Shown: one piece after another, positions 1 through 14,440 of the stretch | How the letters are laid out: the number at the start of each line of letters is the position of its first letter | How positions within the stretch are numbered: position 1 is the stretch's first letter | DNA from: Hydrolagus affinis | Lineage: Eukaryota | Reading direction: 5' to 3' | Length of the DNA: 64,000 bases | Assembly (NCBI GenBank): GCA_012026655.1 | Contig: JAAILG010000320.1 | Coordinates: forward strand, 1 to 64,000 | Made by a program: the position numbers and the translations under genes | The notes under the pieces: generated by a model | The model's input: the letters and a program-made list of their open reading frames with translations, nothing else | What the model was told of the DNA's origin: nothing | The model's database searches: none

Positions 1-92
1 GCTGAATGGAGGGGACAGGCAGGCTGATAGGGAGACAGCAGGTCGGAGAGGTAGGCGGGGGCAACGCCATGAATGGCCTTGAAAGTGAGGCA
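1..92 (-). mobile_element. L2-clade LINE ORF2 C-terminal fragment
   Basis: Minus strand reads LTFKAIHGVAPAYLSDLLSPYQPACPLHS, matching the L2 motif LxYKALHGLAPxYLxDLL. Confidence 0.8.
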
Positions 93-1166
93 TCCACCAC
101 CTACATAGAAATTACCCTCTCAATAGTCATCCAAGATAGCCTCCTCCTACCTTCATTGTTTCGCCAAGGGCTCTGCATTGTCTTTTTAGGCAGTAAATGA
201 AGTCCTAATATCACTGGTCGTCTAATTGTAATTGTCTCCTGTTATTACTTCTGGACTCAGTACACAGCTGAGTAATAATAATAATAAGGCTTACATTTGA
301 TACAGCACTTTTCATGTCTTCTAGACGTCTCAAACTATCTGTACTATCTGACAATATCCTCACTGGCAGAAGGCAAAAATCATTAAACCACAAAAAGTGT
401 AAGAGCTCACTCTATTTCTATGTATCACGCAGAGTGCCAATGACATATCTCACATGTTATGCCAATAAACTAATAGCATTCTGCCCTTACTGTTTCAGAA
501 CCCCAAATAGGCTATGTAGTACTCAATATATACTCAAGGATATGGAAAGTTTTTGTGGAAAGGCTGAGTGATTTAATTTGCAATCCAAATGCGTTTTCCA
601 CTTTGATGTCTCGAAGTTAGTCAAAACTGATGGAATGAAAGCCGCCCTTTGCTATATAAGTGAAACAAGACAGAAAAGTCTCTGCTTGTAGATACTATAT
701 AGTCTATGACACTAACCTGCTGAGAAGTTGTAATTACTGAACTTGGTGTGAGAAAAAGAAACGCGGGTGCCTCTCAGACATATTCAGTATTTGGAGCCAC
801 CACTAACCTTTACTTTACCTGGTTAGCAAATTGATGGGGTCACTGGGTGTAAACAGCAGGAATAAGAACCATTCACCCCACTGCCATCTCTCACTGTGAA
901 GACCCAATCTGTCAGGTGTATCAACTCTTCAATGCTCATAGACCTTGGGAGTATTCTCGTACGATTCTCTGTTGCGTCATTAATAAACAAGTTTGCCTAC
1001 AAAATACAGGCATTGCACTTTACAATAAATCCAGCAAACACCCTTCAGACCACCTCCCAATATGAAAGGTGCTATATCAAATGGAAATATTATTATAACT
1101 ATCACTCACATTACGTGAAGAATCCTATGTCCTATTAGACTGATACAGACAATACAATACTTGTAG

Positions 1167-1471
1167 AGTCCTGAAGTTCAGTGGTTAGAGCTCTCGCCTT
1201 ACACAAGCATGAGAACTGTGTTTGAATCCAGGGGTGAAACCTTGGGTACGTTTCCTTACTCCACACGCCTAATAATAATCACTCAAAAAATATATAATAA
1301 ATTGGTCATTTCCCACGACTGTTTGTGGGACACTGCTGTGCGCAATTGGCTGCCACGTTTTGCTCACAAGTATGCAGGCAATTCACTTTACAGTACATTC
1401 TGTGAAGCACTTTGAGATATCTAGAAGATGTGAAAAGAGTTATATCAAATGCAAGGATTATTAGTATTACT
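1167..1471 (+). mobile_element. Full-length tRNA-derived SINE (Deu-like core, L2-like tail)
   Basis: tRNA-like head GTCCTGAAGTTCAGTGGTTAGAGC...GTTTGAATCC, core GTTTGTGGGACACTGCTGTGCGCAATTGGCTGCC, tail TGTGAAGCACTTTGAGA...ATCAAATGCAAGG followed by an ATT-rich run; more than 10 related copies in the window. Confidence 0.9.
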
Positions 1472-2384
1472 AACTCACACCCACTGCAGATACTAATTAC
1501 AGTACAATGAAAAGGAAACACCGTCACTTTTCATCCTCAGGCTTTTTACCCAAGTGGCATTGACTCAGGCAAGTTGTCTGGAAAGGCCCGATGGGTTATG
1601 TATGAATACAACACTGGTAGATTTGACTCACTGAGTCGCAGCAAAATGCTTTCAATAAAAAAAAGGATTCTGAAATAACAGTCACTTGTTTTCATAATAG
1701 ACATTTTCTTAGAAAAACGGCCGCTTGAGTTAGGAACTGGAAAAACAACTGTAGTCTTGCAGGTATTGCTTTCTTTAGGAAAGTGAGACAGCAAATTGCC
1801 CTGTACAAACAGTGGGAATGAATGTAAGAGAAAGCAAATTCAGTTTGACAAAGCGCATCTGTTCCTCCTTGGATAAGCCACAGGACTCAATACATGGTGA
1901 TTAAGAGAACCAGCGCGAATGACACATAATGCAAACAATGCTATTCTAAATGATTCAACTACAATGAGGTGGTAAGGTCTCATTTACATTGGGTCTCTAG
2001 CCATTACCATAAAATATTGCAGCAAAAACAAAAGTATGAAGGAAAAATGTGTATTTGAGGAAAGCTTTCTTGATATAAAGCTTTCTTGATATCCCCATTA
2101 TTTACTTTTGAGTCTCAGAATATGTAATTTAATTGTGCTGCTTCCCTCATCACATTCCTATTGTCTCACTACAGCTGACAAGGTCCCTGACTAATTTCAA
2201 TAACAAATGGAAGTGTATCTGAAATTATTCTGTTTCCTGGGCTGAGGTTAGTGCGTGGACAGGCAACAGCCTACACAGGAAAACCCTGTGTGAAAATGTG
2301 ATTTGTAAAGGCTTTCAGGAACTTAACTTAATTTAATGCGTGCCTAGAATTCAGATAAGCAGAGCATGTCCCCCATTATAACAA

Positions 2385-2678
2385 TAATAAGTTACATTTG
2401 ATATAGTGCTGTATCACATAATCAAAAACTTCTCACGGTTTTTCACAGACGTTACTGTAAAGTATAGTAGTAGTAGCATTTGTTGATGAATCAGACAGGG
2501 CAGCCATTTGACCATAACAATATCCCACAAACAGCCATGAACTGAATGACAAATATGGCTGGAGGATTATTGGCTAGGACACCAGCAAAAACTTTTCTTA
2601 TCAAACAGTGCCATGGGATGTTTAATATCCACCTGAATAAGCAGATAGCTAAGGACCTTGGTTCAATTCCTCATCTGT
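2385..2678 (-). mobile_element. Older, diverged DeuSINE (AmnSINE1/SacSINE1-like) fragment
   Basis: Reverse complement of Deu-domain-like text (CAGCCATTT...TCCCACAAACAGCCATGA...AACAGTGCCATGGGATGTTTAATATCCACCTGA); similar to 24900-25215. Confidence 0.65.
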
Positions 2679-2681
2679 AGT

Positions 2682-2996
2682 AGTCCTGTAGCTCAGTGTT
2701 AGAGCACTCGCCTTACAAGCGTGAGACCTGTGTGTGAATCCAGGCAGGTCAGAGTGAAACCTTGGGCAAATTTGCTTCCTCCAACAATAATCCCTAAGAA
2801 AAAAACACAATAGAAAAATTGGTAATTTCAATCCACAACTGTTTGTGGGATACTACTGTGCCCAATTGGCTGCCGCATTTTGCCCAGAAATATACAGTCA
2901 ATTCACTTTATAATTTATTCTGTGAAGCGCTTTGGGGCATCTCGAAGACGTGAAAAGCTCTATATCAAACGCAAGGATTATTATTATTATGTTATT
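2682..2996 (+). mobile_element. Full-length tRNA-derived SINE, same family as 1167-1471
   Basis: GTCCTGTAGCTCAGTGTTAGAGCACTCGCC head through ATCAAACGCAAGG(ATT)n tail. Confidence 0.9.
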
Positions 2997-3304
2997 GTAG
3001 CACCTCTGATAATGCCAAACTTTTCCAGCACTGCATTAACAACAGTGATATAATAACTGCAAAGAAACTTCCATTTTAATTAAGAATGTAAAAATAGCTC
3101 CATTTAGCTCCTGGCGTTCTAATAACTACCGGAATGGCTTGCACTGTTTGAGAAGATTACCAAATTATTAATAATTTCTCCCACTCTAAAAATTCTCTGT
3201 ATAAACTGATGACAAATAGTTCTTCATGAAAGGAAGCTGGCAGTGAAAGGTCAGTCAGAATGATTAATAGGCTTTCTTTAGGTTTACTCAAAATATCTTA
3301 GTAT

Positions 3305-3495
3305 AGGTTTCACATCTTCTAGACGTCTCAAAGTGCTTCACAGAATATACTGTAAAATGAATTGACTGTATACTTGTGGATGAAACGCGGCAGCCAATTC
3401 CACACAGCAGTGTCCCACAAGCAGTCATGGATTGAGAATGAATAAATTATTATTGTTTTTTTCCAAGGGATTATTATTAGGTGTGTGGAGTAAGT
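3305..3495 (-). mobile_element. Truncated SINE copy
   Basis: Reverse complement of the core and tail (TCTAGACGTCTCAAAGTGCTTCACAGAATATAC...CAGCAGTGTCCCACAA). Confidence 0.85.
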
Positions 3496-5299
3496 AAGCA
3501 TATATTCAAGATATACATTTAATACATAAAACAACACTGCATTTTATCTTTAAGGTGATTTATGTATTCCAGAGATTATTTCCAGCTGCTAATTATCCTC
3601 TAGGTAAAGAAATACTTACTGGTGTCTGTCCTGAAATTGTCCTTTTCTGCCCTAAGATTGTGTCCCTGCACTTAATAGAAAAAGAATATCTTACCCCACA
3701 AGTTCAATCTTTTACTGTGGTGCATGACAATACATCAGGAAGCAGATCCAATACATATATCTGATTCTACAGAATAAAAACATAAGCATGTGCGGTACAA
3801 GTATTTTCTATTACTAATCTAGTCGATATGTGGTCTCGATTTCAGACAGCAACGTTCAGAATTATACTCCCTTTCCCTTCCTGCTCTTCTCTAACTTACT
3901 TTATGCTACCGAGAACTGGAACGGCAAATGAAATGGCTGAAGATAGCAAATTGGTGGTGCAGTCTCCACCTTATGGAAGGGAAGGTTGAGCTGTGTTTTG
4001 CACTCCACCTGCTTTCTGCGCTCAAAACACTTGCTGAAACCACTGCCTGCCAACCATCCCCTGTATAACATTTCCATTAAAAAAAACAATCATGTGTTTT
4101 ATTGGCAGCTGCTCCCCCCGGGTTCTCATTTCCTGCAACTACCTGGGTGTAACCGCTTTCCAGCTTCTGTGCAAATATGTGACATCAATCCTGAAACCAA
4201 TGTGTGGGTTTATGAAACTTGTTAATGCCCTGCTCCGCGCGGCACTTGTCTTCGACTCTAATGGCAGTTATAATGATATCAGAACTGAATCAATTCTATT
4301 TGTCATATGAACGAACTGGCAGAGTCATCATAGCCGCAATACACTTTCACTTCATGACTGGAAATAGCAGCACCTCATTCTGGCTGATCACAAGTGTTGA
4401 AGCAAAGAGCAAAGGAAGCAGAGGGATGTGCAATTTCCATCTGAAATTCCACCATTGTCTGTATGTTTGGAATAATCCTCAGATTTGATCTTTGCATCTG
4501 AGGCGGGTTTGGGGTTAAGCACATATATTTTTTTGGGGGTCCTGTTTAGCGATCTTGGGCCTTGGGTCAGGTATTATACTGGAACTCACAGAATCATAGA
4601 AATCACAGGACAGGAGGAGGCTTGAGATGGTGCTCGCTCATCTTCCGGAGATAACTGTGCGAATTCCGAAACCACTTTCTCCTTACAATTTATCAACCTG
4701 TTGTTGATACATCTGTTTAACTGCTGTTGTTGTTGTTGATACCGCTCCTTTTATTAACCCTTTCTTTGCCAGGCAGAATCAATTCCCTGCAGACCCACTG
4801 GACGGCCTCTTAGTGAGAGATAAAGTATCATGTTGTATTATTTAGAGGTACAGGTACTGCGTAGGATGTTCCTGTTATGGGCTAAAAGAATGGAATTCTC
4901 ACTCAGCATGCAGCCTGCAACATGAGCTGAAATAAATCCGCCCTGGATGTTTTAGCTACATGATTTGAATATGGAGATATTGGATCAAATTAATTAATGT
5001 TTAATTGACATTTTAATTCAACGCGATTTCAAGCCAGACACGTTGGCTCTGCATTAGAATACTCCAGGCTAAATGGGAATTGTAGGACTCCCAGCTGTCC
5101 AAACAGTTTAATCTGGTGCTGTCTATAAAGGAAGATTGATTTTGGATCTCTCCCAATTACCTTGCAACCATTTTTGCATTAACAAGTGATTACAACCGTA
5201 GATCCCTCTTATCCTTCTGACAAAAGTTTTCTGAATTGCAATTTGCAATATATAGCACATACTTTGCAATTGAAAGAAACTATACTTTAGCCTTTTTTT

Positions 5300-5470
5300 T
5301 GAGGTCCCTTTGTCATGCCCTGTTCAGTTCAACAACCACTCCCTATATCATTCACTGCTCAATCCACAGAGCTCTCGCTTATTATTCCCTCTTATTCAGT
5401 GCCTCGGGACATCCTCCCGACGTGAAAGGCGCTTTATAAATGTAATTTTGTTGTTGTTGTTGTTATTATG
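5300..5470 (+). mobile_element. L2 LINE 3' end
   Basis: CAGTGCCTCGGGACATCCTCCCGACGTGAAAGGCGCTTTATAAATGTAATTT(TGT)n tail; recurs at about 11061, 22909, 23090 and 45055. Confidence 0.75.
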
Positions 5471-8034
5471 CAACATTCATTCACACGCTACTGGTTTTAA
5501 CTGATGTATGGGTAGTGTGAATGCTCAGGGTTTCTGGATATATTAAGGAATTATAGTTTAAGCGGTGGTTAATACTGATCCCTGATTACCTTTAACCTTG
5601 ATTTGTTCTCACTCCCACTGGGAGGAAATACCTTACAATCTGCACTTGGTTTGAATAGCCTGAACCTGTAATAGATTTTAGTGGAGAATAACACTGGGGA
5701 AACATTGAAAAGCAACAATGAAATGAAATGCAAAACATGTGTATAAAAGGGTATTTGCAGGAAGGAGGAAATGGAGTGACATTAGGCAAGTGCCACATAT
5801 ACTAACATGAAATTCACACAATTTAATTTCCACTAAATGACTCCTAGAATTGTCCATTGCAGAGGTTATTAATAAATATTTGTTGAGTTCTAAAAATATG
5901 ATATTATTTGAAGCTATCGCCCCTCAATAAACATTTCACACAATACATACAGTCAATTCACTTTACAGTATATTCCGTGTATAAACTTTAAGATGTTTCA
6001 ACAACGCGGTAAGGCATTATATGAAGATGCAAGGAATATTATTATTTTCGGTGAGAAGTGAGAGTCAGGTGGCGGGAAAAAGCTATTACGAAGTTTGATG
6101 CTTCATTGGTCACAAGATAGCCCTTCAAACATAATAATAACAATAATAATAATGCTCAGGTGTAGAAGATGAAAATATAGTTATAATAGCTGAGGCTGTT
6201 TTAAACTGCAAGCTGAACGGCACTAAAATAGCTTCTGTCCTTTTGGCTTTCCAAAATGTTTGACGGTCGAGCTGTCATTTCACATTACAATCAGTTGCAG
6301 GATTATCAGGCAAAAAGAACACCCATGAGGGGTTCAATTTTACAGTCCTTTACAAACAGAAATATCAAAATGCACTTCACTGCCAGAAACACTGCAGGGA
6401 ACGTAGTCCAAAGTAAGCAAAGATTAAAGCCGCCGCAAAACAAAACGTGCATAAAATGGTATTCATATGCAAAGCAGATAAACGCACAATCTACATACAA
6501 CAGCAGCAATTTACATTTAAATACAGTAGTATTTTTCATGTCGGCAGCAATTTATTTTATTTGGAAGTGTATACTTCTCTCGGCTCACTCCTATGCTGTT
6601 GTCTATGCATGTGCAAGTTGAAAGCTTAAAGTAACTACTAATCTCTGTTTGAAGTCTGCCTCTGGGAGGATATATTTTTTCTTAATAACAGAGAATCGCT
6701 GAGTCCTCAGAGTCCCAACTGAAATTTTCCCTCAGACAATCAGCATGTAGGCCGAGCGGAATCAAGAGCAAAATTCAAATATATCTGGATGTGATTGCCA
6801 ATGTCAATCCTTTCTCTTAAAGGCTTGCTGGCTGTCATTCAGAACAACATCAGGAAGGAATCACATCTTTTGTTGCATCACAAAATTTTGGAATCGTTGG
6901 AAATGCATTATTATTAATTGGACACAAGATTGGATCTCATTACCATCTAAATCTTTACATGAAGCTATGCAAAGCTTACTGTAAAGCTCTGTATCTTTCC
7001 AACCCTTCGATTCGATGACAGTTGCAATGCACTGTCTATTTATGCAGCTCAGATAATAAGCAGACAATGTGAAAATACATGAATGTATCATAGCCTCAGA
7101 CACATTAAACTGACAATGTCTAACCTTATCAGAGCTCGATCAATAGCAGTATGGTAAGAATGCTTGAGAACATTCAGCCACTGCAGTCAATAAAAACACA
7201 AAGGGATGAAGGTCTAAGTATGGAGCGAAATAATCAAATACTGTATAAAAGCTACTTTCCTGGAGCTGGTGTTGTCAGCAAAAACAGCTGGGAAAAGTGG
7301 AATGGTGGAACCAGGCATTGGCTGTCTAGTCTGAAAGTTTGCTTCATTACCTTGATGGACAAGGAAACATAACTTTTTACTCTTCAGAAAAGAGATAGCT
7401 GGTGCCTTCGTGTAAAGCCTGCTATCGGAAATAGTGGCGCAATAGAGGAGAATCTCTCAATCTGCCTTGGGAAGAAAGTCTTTCGGGGATGAACTGAACG
7501 AGCAAATGAGCAGCAAGATTTTCCCTCTTATCCTGAGATGGATCCTTTCCATCACATAAAGCTCCATCTTACTGCTTGGCTGAGAACCAATTAAACTCAC
7601 CCAGCTGAGCCAAGTAAATTAGGTGACAGACACTCCTAGATATGCACCGACTTGTCACAGTGTCTGGTGAAGCAGTCGTGTCAAGAGATTTTAATCTATA
7701 AATCAAACTTTCCGTTGTGTACTCACAGAGCTCTAAATTGACTGAAAGCTTTACAGATAAATTAAGTTATTGTCACCCTTCTCGAGAAATGAAAGACAGC
7801 GAAGGCTTTATTTAGCATTGGGACAGTTATTAGAAGGCTGTCACGTAGGAGAAAAGGGATATAATAGTCAATCAAGTTAAAAACAAAACCTGGATCATTG
7901 TGCCAGCATAGAGTTTGACAACTTCCTCACTGCGGAGAAGTGGCGGCACAGTGAATCACAGCACAAAATGTCATCTCTGCAGTAAGAACAAACTACTATT
8001 ATGTGCGAGAGGAAGCTAATTGGGTACCACTGAA

Positions 8035-8230
8035 AGGTGAAACCTTAGGAGAGTATGTGAATAATGACTCCCACAAAATAAAAATATCTGATTCCACCTT
8101 TTTGTATTGCCCGCAAAAATACACAGTTCACAAAAATGGTGTATTTTGTGGGCGAAAAGTGGCAGCTAATTGCGCGCAGCAGTGTCCCACGAAACGTCAA
8201 GGATTGAGTGGCCAATTATTTTTTGGAGGA
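8035..8230. mobile_element. Rearranged SINE: plus-strand piece joined to an inverted core
   Basis: GGTGAAACCTTAGG...TGCCCGCAAAAATACACAG on plus, then TTTTGTGGGCGAAAAGTGGCAGCTAATTGCGCGCAGCAGTGTCCCAC (core on minus). Confidence 0.65.
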
Positions 8231-11060
8231 CTCCATTATTATTCTCGTTACAGACCAGTTTGTGTATTTACGAAATTGCAACAAATCTGTTTGTAATAGC
8301 CTTACACTATTAGTGTCCTGAATTCAATTTTCAAAGACGTGGCAAAGACAAATCTTCCATCACTATGGAAACTATCGTTATTCATCAATCCACCATGCAG
8401 TGCGGACAATCTGCCTGCCTCTCCGTATGAAGGTATCAATGTCAACGTGGTCTAATATACAGTGATTTCTAACAGGGTTCCTTAATAAGGAGACTGTGAG
8501 CACATCTCAACTCCCCTCTAATGTGATCAATTTCACAACAGAATCCAGCTGGTTGGTCAATGTGCATCCAGTTTCCCAGAAGAGTCTTTATTTGATTTCC
8601 TTCTTAAACAATCATGTGGGAATTTGTCACAAACTTCCATTAACCTATTGACTTTCTACTCCTCCCTTGTGGCAAGTCAGTCTACTTCATCTGTGGGATA
8701 TTGAATACCCATGATTATTATACTATGATATATCACAGCAATTTTTCTTCCCCAAACACCGAATTTCGTAGTCTCTCCAATCTGTGTGTTTTTCTTCGAT
8801 AATTTGGATAATGAAGTCTGATCACGATGAGATGGTCAATGCCAATAGATCAGTGCCTGTTTCTCTAACACAGAAAAACATATCAATAGCTTGTTTATAC
8901 AGTAGAGGATTCATTGCAAAATACTGTGGTTAATTACTGGAAAAAAAGGTAAATCCTGGCTTTAAAAACCCTTGACAATTATTGACATGTGTATGTAAAA
9001 TAATTATGCTGAGTTTTTTTTAATAATGTGGTCTCTCTAAATTGTTTATAGAATTCTAATACAGAAACTGGAATTATGTTATTTATAAGGTGTGTATTTG
9101 CTGTGAAAAGTATGCCAAAGGCAGGAAATAGATATTAAATACCAGCAAAGAAATATAAAGGATGTCCTTTTTTATACAAGGCAATCATACTTTTGTTTTC
9201 AGTGGAAACCCACACCATTGTTATTCATTCGGATTGTAACAATAGTAAATGCAAGTTATCAACAGTTTAGCTCCAACAAATATCCGAATAATATGCATCA
9301 AAAAACAATTGTTATATTTATGAACTTTTTTGTGATCCTGTTCCTGGAATTAATCTTAAATTTAAGGAACGTGTTAAAACACATCTGAGTTTCAAAGAAT
9401 CATTATCATTTTTACTAAGACAATCCTGTAAATTGTTACACATTTTTCATTGCAGGGTTATAATTTATGATTTATTATTGTGGCAATGAAAACATTAATC
9501 CTAAATTCTTGCAAGGAGTTATTATTCTCCAAATCAAATGACAAAAGCTGAGAAGACTTAAAAGATATTATAGCGAATGACTGTTTCAAACAGCAGCATG
9601 AACCTCTTTCTTTGAGTTGAAGGAGTCGGAGGTGGATTTCAAGATAAAGCAATGAAAATTCATATTTCATTGTGTGACATAATTGAGATTTGAAGTTCCA
9701 CTTCTGGAATGGTGTTGCCTTCAAATTTTGGGGCTGCTGTGAAACCCAAATTTTAAAGTTTTAAACAAGAGTCAGGAGAAATCTAAGCCTAGAAATTTCA
9801 CCCCTAAGTGGCACAGAGGATTGGCACTGAAATATGCACGACAGAGACCACATGGCCTTCTATCTTTGCCTCCAAACCCTTGATTTGAAAGATTGATAAG
9901 GGGAATTAAACACATTGGGGTGGGGAGAGAAATTGAATCAAATATCAATTTCAAAATTGTCACTGTACTTAATATTATTTGGCTCTTCGGTATAGACAAG
10001 GAGCATCAGATTTTTTGGACAATCATTTACGTTAAGTGTAATTGTAAGAAGCACTGGGCCATGCCATGGCAAGCAACTGGCAACATGAGAAAAACAGGAA
10101 TCAGTAAAGGCGAAAATGGCATTCTCATCTCTCGTCTTCAATCTCCGAAATCTCAGTAACACCGCTATCAAACTCATACCATTCAATTCCAAAAGTAATA
10201 GATCCCTCTTCAGTGAAAAGGTTAAATATGGTAGAAACCCTACACAGTCGAGTAATTTTCTGAGGAAAATATTGGGCAAAGATATGTTTACGCCATGAAA
10301 GTGCTAATGGCTAATTATTCCATTTAATTGCATGTTCAGGATTTACCTAATGAGGCTTTCATCTGATGAATCTTGGAACATCTTTAATTGTTTATGACAA
10401 TGTTTCTTTCATCCATTGCCAATTTCTTTCATTTAAATGTGGTATGTCAGGCCTGGCACTGACCTGTGGCTACCCAACTGTAATCTGCTAACAAAGCTCT
10501 ATGGTTTAATTAATAGTATGGGATCACCATTATCACAACTCTGAAGCTGCATCATTTTGTAACTTACATCTCTTAGAACTTATTATACACTGTGAATGCC
10601 ATGTTAAATGATCCATTATAATGCAACAGGAGATCAAATTAATGGTTGACCAGTTAATTAGCTCTCTGTGCCGTGCATGTCATAAAAACTTTATTACATT
10701 GAAGACCATTCTGACCAGATTAAAGGAGAATTTTTTTCCGCTGAATATTTATTACATACTGTGCGCGTGCATTTAAGATGCTGATTTTCAGTACATTTGC
10801 AAAATGTGCTTATGTTTGCATTTATGATGTATAAGGAGTTCTCGATATTCACTATTTCCAGGTTACGCAATGAAAAAAAAATCAATAGCCAATAGTTTTG
10901 CTTACACCAACTACATTTCTCTGAAAATCCTCACCGTCTCTTTCAGTGTTATTTTGAAACCCCAAATTGTTTGTGGCAATCACGGGACAAGAAGAGGAGT
11001 TTTACTTGGTGTCCAGGGTTCTGTGTTTTTTAGAAGAGTAAATGAAGAAGACACCTTAGA

Positions 11061-11385
11061 ATAATAACAGCAAAATGACATTTGCGTAGCGCCTTTTAGA
11101 TCAGGAGGTCCCAAGGTGCTGGAGAGTCAGTGTTTTGGTCCTGAGCTGGGGATCCAGATTGAGGAGGGTGGGAGGAAATGGGCTAAAGAAGAGTGACTGA
11201 AGGTCTGGTCAAAGAGGAGTGTCTTAAGGTGGGTCTTGAAGGAGGCAAGGGAGGGGCCGAAGGCAGAGAGATCATATTTATGGAGTTTCAGAGAGTGGGG
11301 GCAGAGTGGCTGAAGGCTCGTGGGGCGGGCGAGACGAGGGTTGTGAAGCAGGCTGGAGCCCACTAAGTGGGGGGAGAGGGCTGAT
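11061..11385 (-). mobile_element. L2 LINE 3' end including ORF2 C-terminus
   Basis: Minus ORF contains PSLASFKTHLKTLLFDQTF (L2 terminal motif FKxxLKTxLF), followed by the L2 tail. Confidence 0.8.
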
Positions 11386-14261
11386 TGGGTTTAAATTCCC
11401 ATCTTGCAAAGTTGCCCTTTGATTTCAGCAAGCTTCGCACGTTCTGTCACCTTCTCCAAGACTGGCATTGACATAAAATAAAACAAGATTGGATTTATGG
11501 AGTGTTATCCAGTGTTAGAAATCCTGTCCACATTGACAGCTGCAATGTAATGCAATGAAATGCAATGTAACAAATTAACATTTGATAACAATTAATACTG
11601 TACATTCATTGCATGAGTTAAGCACTGGGTTATTTAAACAACATTTAAGCAACAGAATTGCTACGTTATTTAAAGAAACAAACCCTAACGTTTATCAGAA
11701 TTTCTTATGGTGTAACTAATGGGTTTCATCTTTTTTTGGTTCTATTATTACCTGGCCAGGTACTTAGCTTCTCTATCTTTAATATATGATAACAGTTTCT
11801 TAAGATTTAGGTGATTTGACAGGAGCTTTTATTCTTTCTCTAGAATATTTTGGCAATAGAATTCCATGACTTTTAAAGATGCCGGGAAAAATTGCTACGT
11901 GCAACACAAAATATATAGTCAATTCACTTTACAATATATTCTGTGAAGTGCTTTGAGACATAATAAGGTGCATTTTCAAAATGCAAAATATGCATTTCCT
12001 CATTGATTGTTTTGTGTTTTTATTCATCATTTTTCCAAGGCATCCCTAAAGTTAAAGAAACTCACAGTAGTAAAGTTAGGTTTGCACATTGCTTCTCCAT
12101 GTGTTAAGAGATTTGCAATGATCTAATAGAACAGATGTTCAGATTAAAATGTCTGCATCCTTTGTAATCTGTAATAGTCTTCCTGGAAAGAATGCGTCAA
12201 AATCATTGGAACTGGTCCAGAATTGACCAAAGTGTGCAGTGATTTCTAATACAGTACAATAAATACAAGAATAATGTTTTTAATTTAGCGAAATAATTCC
12301 TTAATTGTTTTAAGACATGCTTACTTAATTCAACGAATTTATAGTATGATCAACATAGGTCTGCCAATGGTAATTTTCAAAAGACAATAGAAATTGTAAT
12401 AGTTTGTTGTTTGGAACAGCAGTAATGTCATAGTTGCAAGTAATGCTGCTTTCTTGCATTTAAAATTAAAGTAAGAGACACGGGTTAGAATCACGGGTTA
12501 GAGCAAAATATTCAGCAAGTTTCCTTATTCCATGCGCCTCAGTTTCCTGGACATTTCCTGGGCGCCCAGACTGATACAGAGCTCTGTGCTGCCTCCACAG
12601 CTTCAGGATGTCATTTTGAATGTGCGTTCAGATGAAACCCACAGGCCATTCCATTTCTCACACCATCGCAGACTTCAATGAGCAGCAGCTTCATGTTTAC
12701 CAGGAAGCAAGACGAGTTCCTGGGACTTTTAACACTGAATCAGTGTCACAGAAATGTCAGACTGCACAATCCTACAATCACAGAAAGTGACAACCCTGAT
12801 TGGGGCGAAGTGCTAATCAGATCAGACCACACTGCTCCAATACTCCAATCAATCCAGTACATCAGTACAACTACATTGCTCTATAATAAACTGAAGCAGA
12901 ACAGGACTTTAAATAATACAAAGCACAATCCATTGCCAACGGCTCAAGCATCCCTGTCTGAAAGGAGCAAATCAGCCTGGAGCTCACTCCGATCTTCATT
13001 TTCAGAAAAACCTCTACCTCCTTCACTGCCCCAAGTGAATCATGAATTCATGAATCATTGGACACCATCACCAATAACTTTTATACTCAGTTTTCAAGTT
13101 CTGCTGTGAATGTGAAGCATTTTTATTCTACTCCCCCCACCCCGCCACCACCCACCCACTCAACTGAACCACTGTCTGGTCCGTGTCTGAATCTCTGCCC
13201 ACCATTTATACTTTGCTGTTTGATCTTTTTTTTAAGGAATTTTCATGTTAGCTTTGCAATGATAGCTGTGTTAATTTGCCCTTCCATTACTGAGAGGGTT
13301 GTTTACAAGAGAGAAATTGGAATGATTTGTGGTTTGCTCTCACCATACGTTTACATAATGTCACCCCAAGCATCTGTTGGCTGAGAAGGAGCTGTGAGTT
13401 ATTATTTCCTGATAAGAGTTTCATTTGATCCAGCCAATTGACTTTTTCTCATTAGCTGCTCAAATCAGTCACTGCTTTAATTGTGGGAAGAAAACCAGCA
13501 GCAGGCCTCAGGCAAAATGGACCTTCTGGGTCATTGCCATGGGGAAAGACATTCGTTGCAAAGTAAATAAAACACACCTAGTAGTCTAGTAAAAACAACT
13601 TCACAATACCATGTATTCATACACGCTCAGTTGAGGTGATCAATCTGATGCGAAATGGAACAGTAGCAGTTAAATGCTGAGGGACATCTTCAAAGTCATT
13701 CCTCTTTTGGAAACAAATGCTAGCGGGTGTCTCTACGAGCAACAAGAACAACGACAACAAAATTATGTTTGTATAGAGCCTTTCACGCCAGGAGTACAAG
13801 AAACTGCAGGGGAAATGAAGAAATCTGTTGACTGACATTGCAGACCATGAAACGCTCTATAGTACATCAACAAAACGCTACTTTTGGTCAGGAAATAACT
13901 GCTGTTGCTTCATGTGCCATGTCATCGGAACCCAGGTCAGAAACAAACAGCTGATTCCCAACGCACTGTTTGGAGGTGAATAAACCTTTTTTATTTTTCA
14001 ATGACACGATAAACGGATCCGGAGAGTCGAAAAGTCAAAGGGCAACTGTTACAATAATAAGGCAAAACTGGCCGTGAAAAGGGGATGAAAGTGGAGTAAA
14101 AAAACATTCTCAAATTGTGTCAATGTGTAACAGATACTGGAGTTTAATTACTGGTCCACACCAATGACTCCTTTCCTCCAATTTTTATATTTCTTTCGAT
14201 GACCAGCATGGATTTCATTGTAGAAACACCCATTCATTTTCTCCCAAGCACTGCACAAATA

Positions 14262-14440
14262 AGAATAATAATCCTTGCATTTGAGATCGGGCCTTAACAC
14301 GTCGCTGAAATGTCCCCAACGCGCTTCACAATATATATTTTGCCCACAAATATAGAGTCAGTTTACTCTACGGTATATTCTGCACTTTGAGATGTCGAGA
14401 AGACGTGAAAAGCCCTATATCAAATGCAAGGATTGTTATA
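14262..14440. mobile_element. Two SINE 3' tails in inverted (divergent) orientation
   Basis: AATAATAATCCTTGCATTTGA...GCGCTTCACA (minus) abuts TTTGCCCACAAATATA...ATCAAATGCAAGGATT (plus). Confidence 0.8.
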
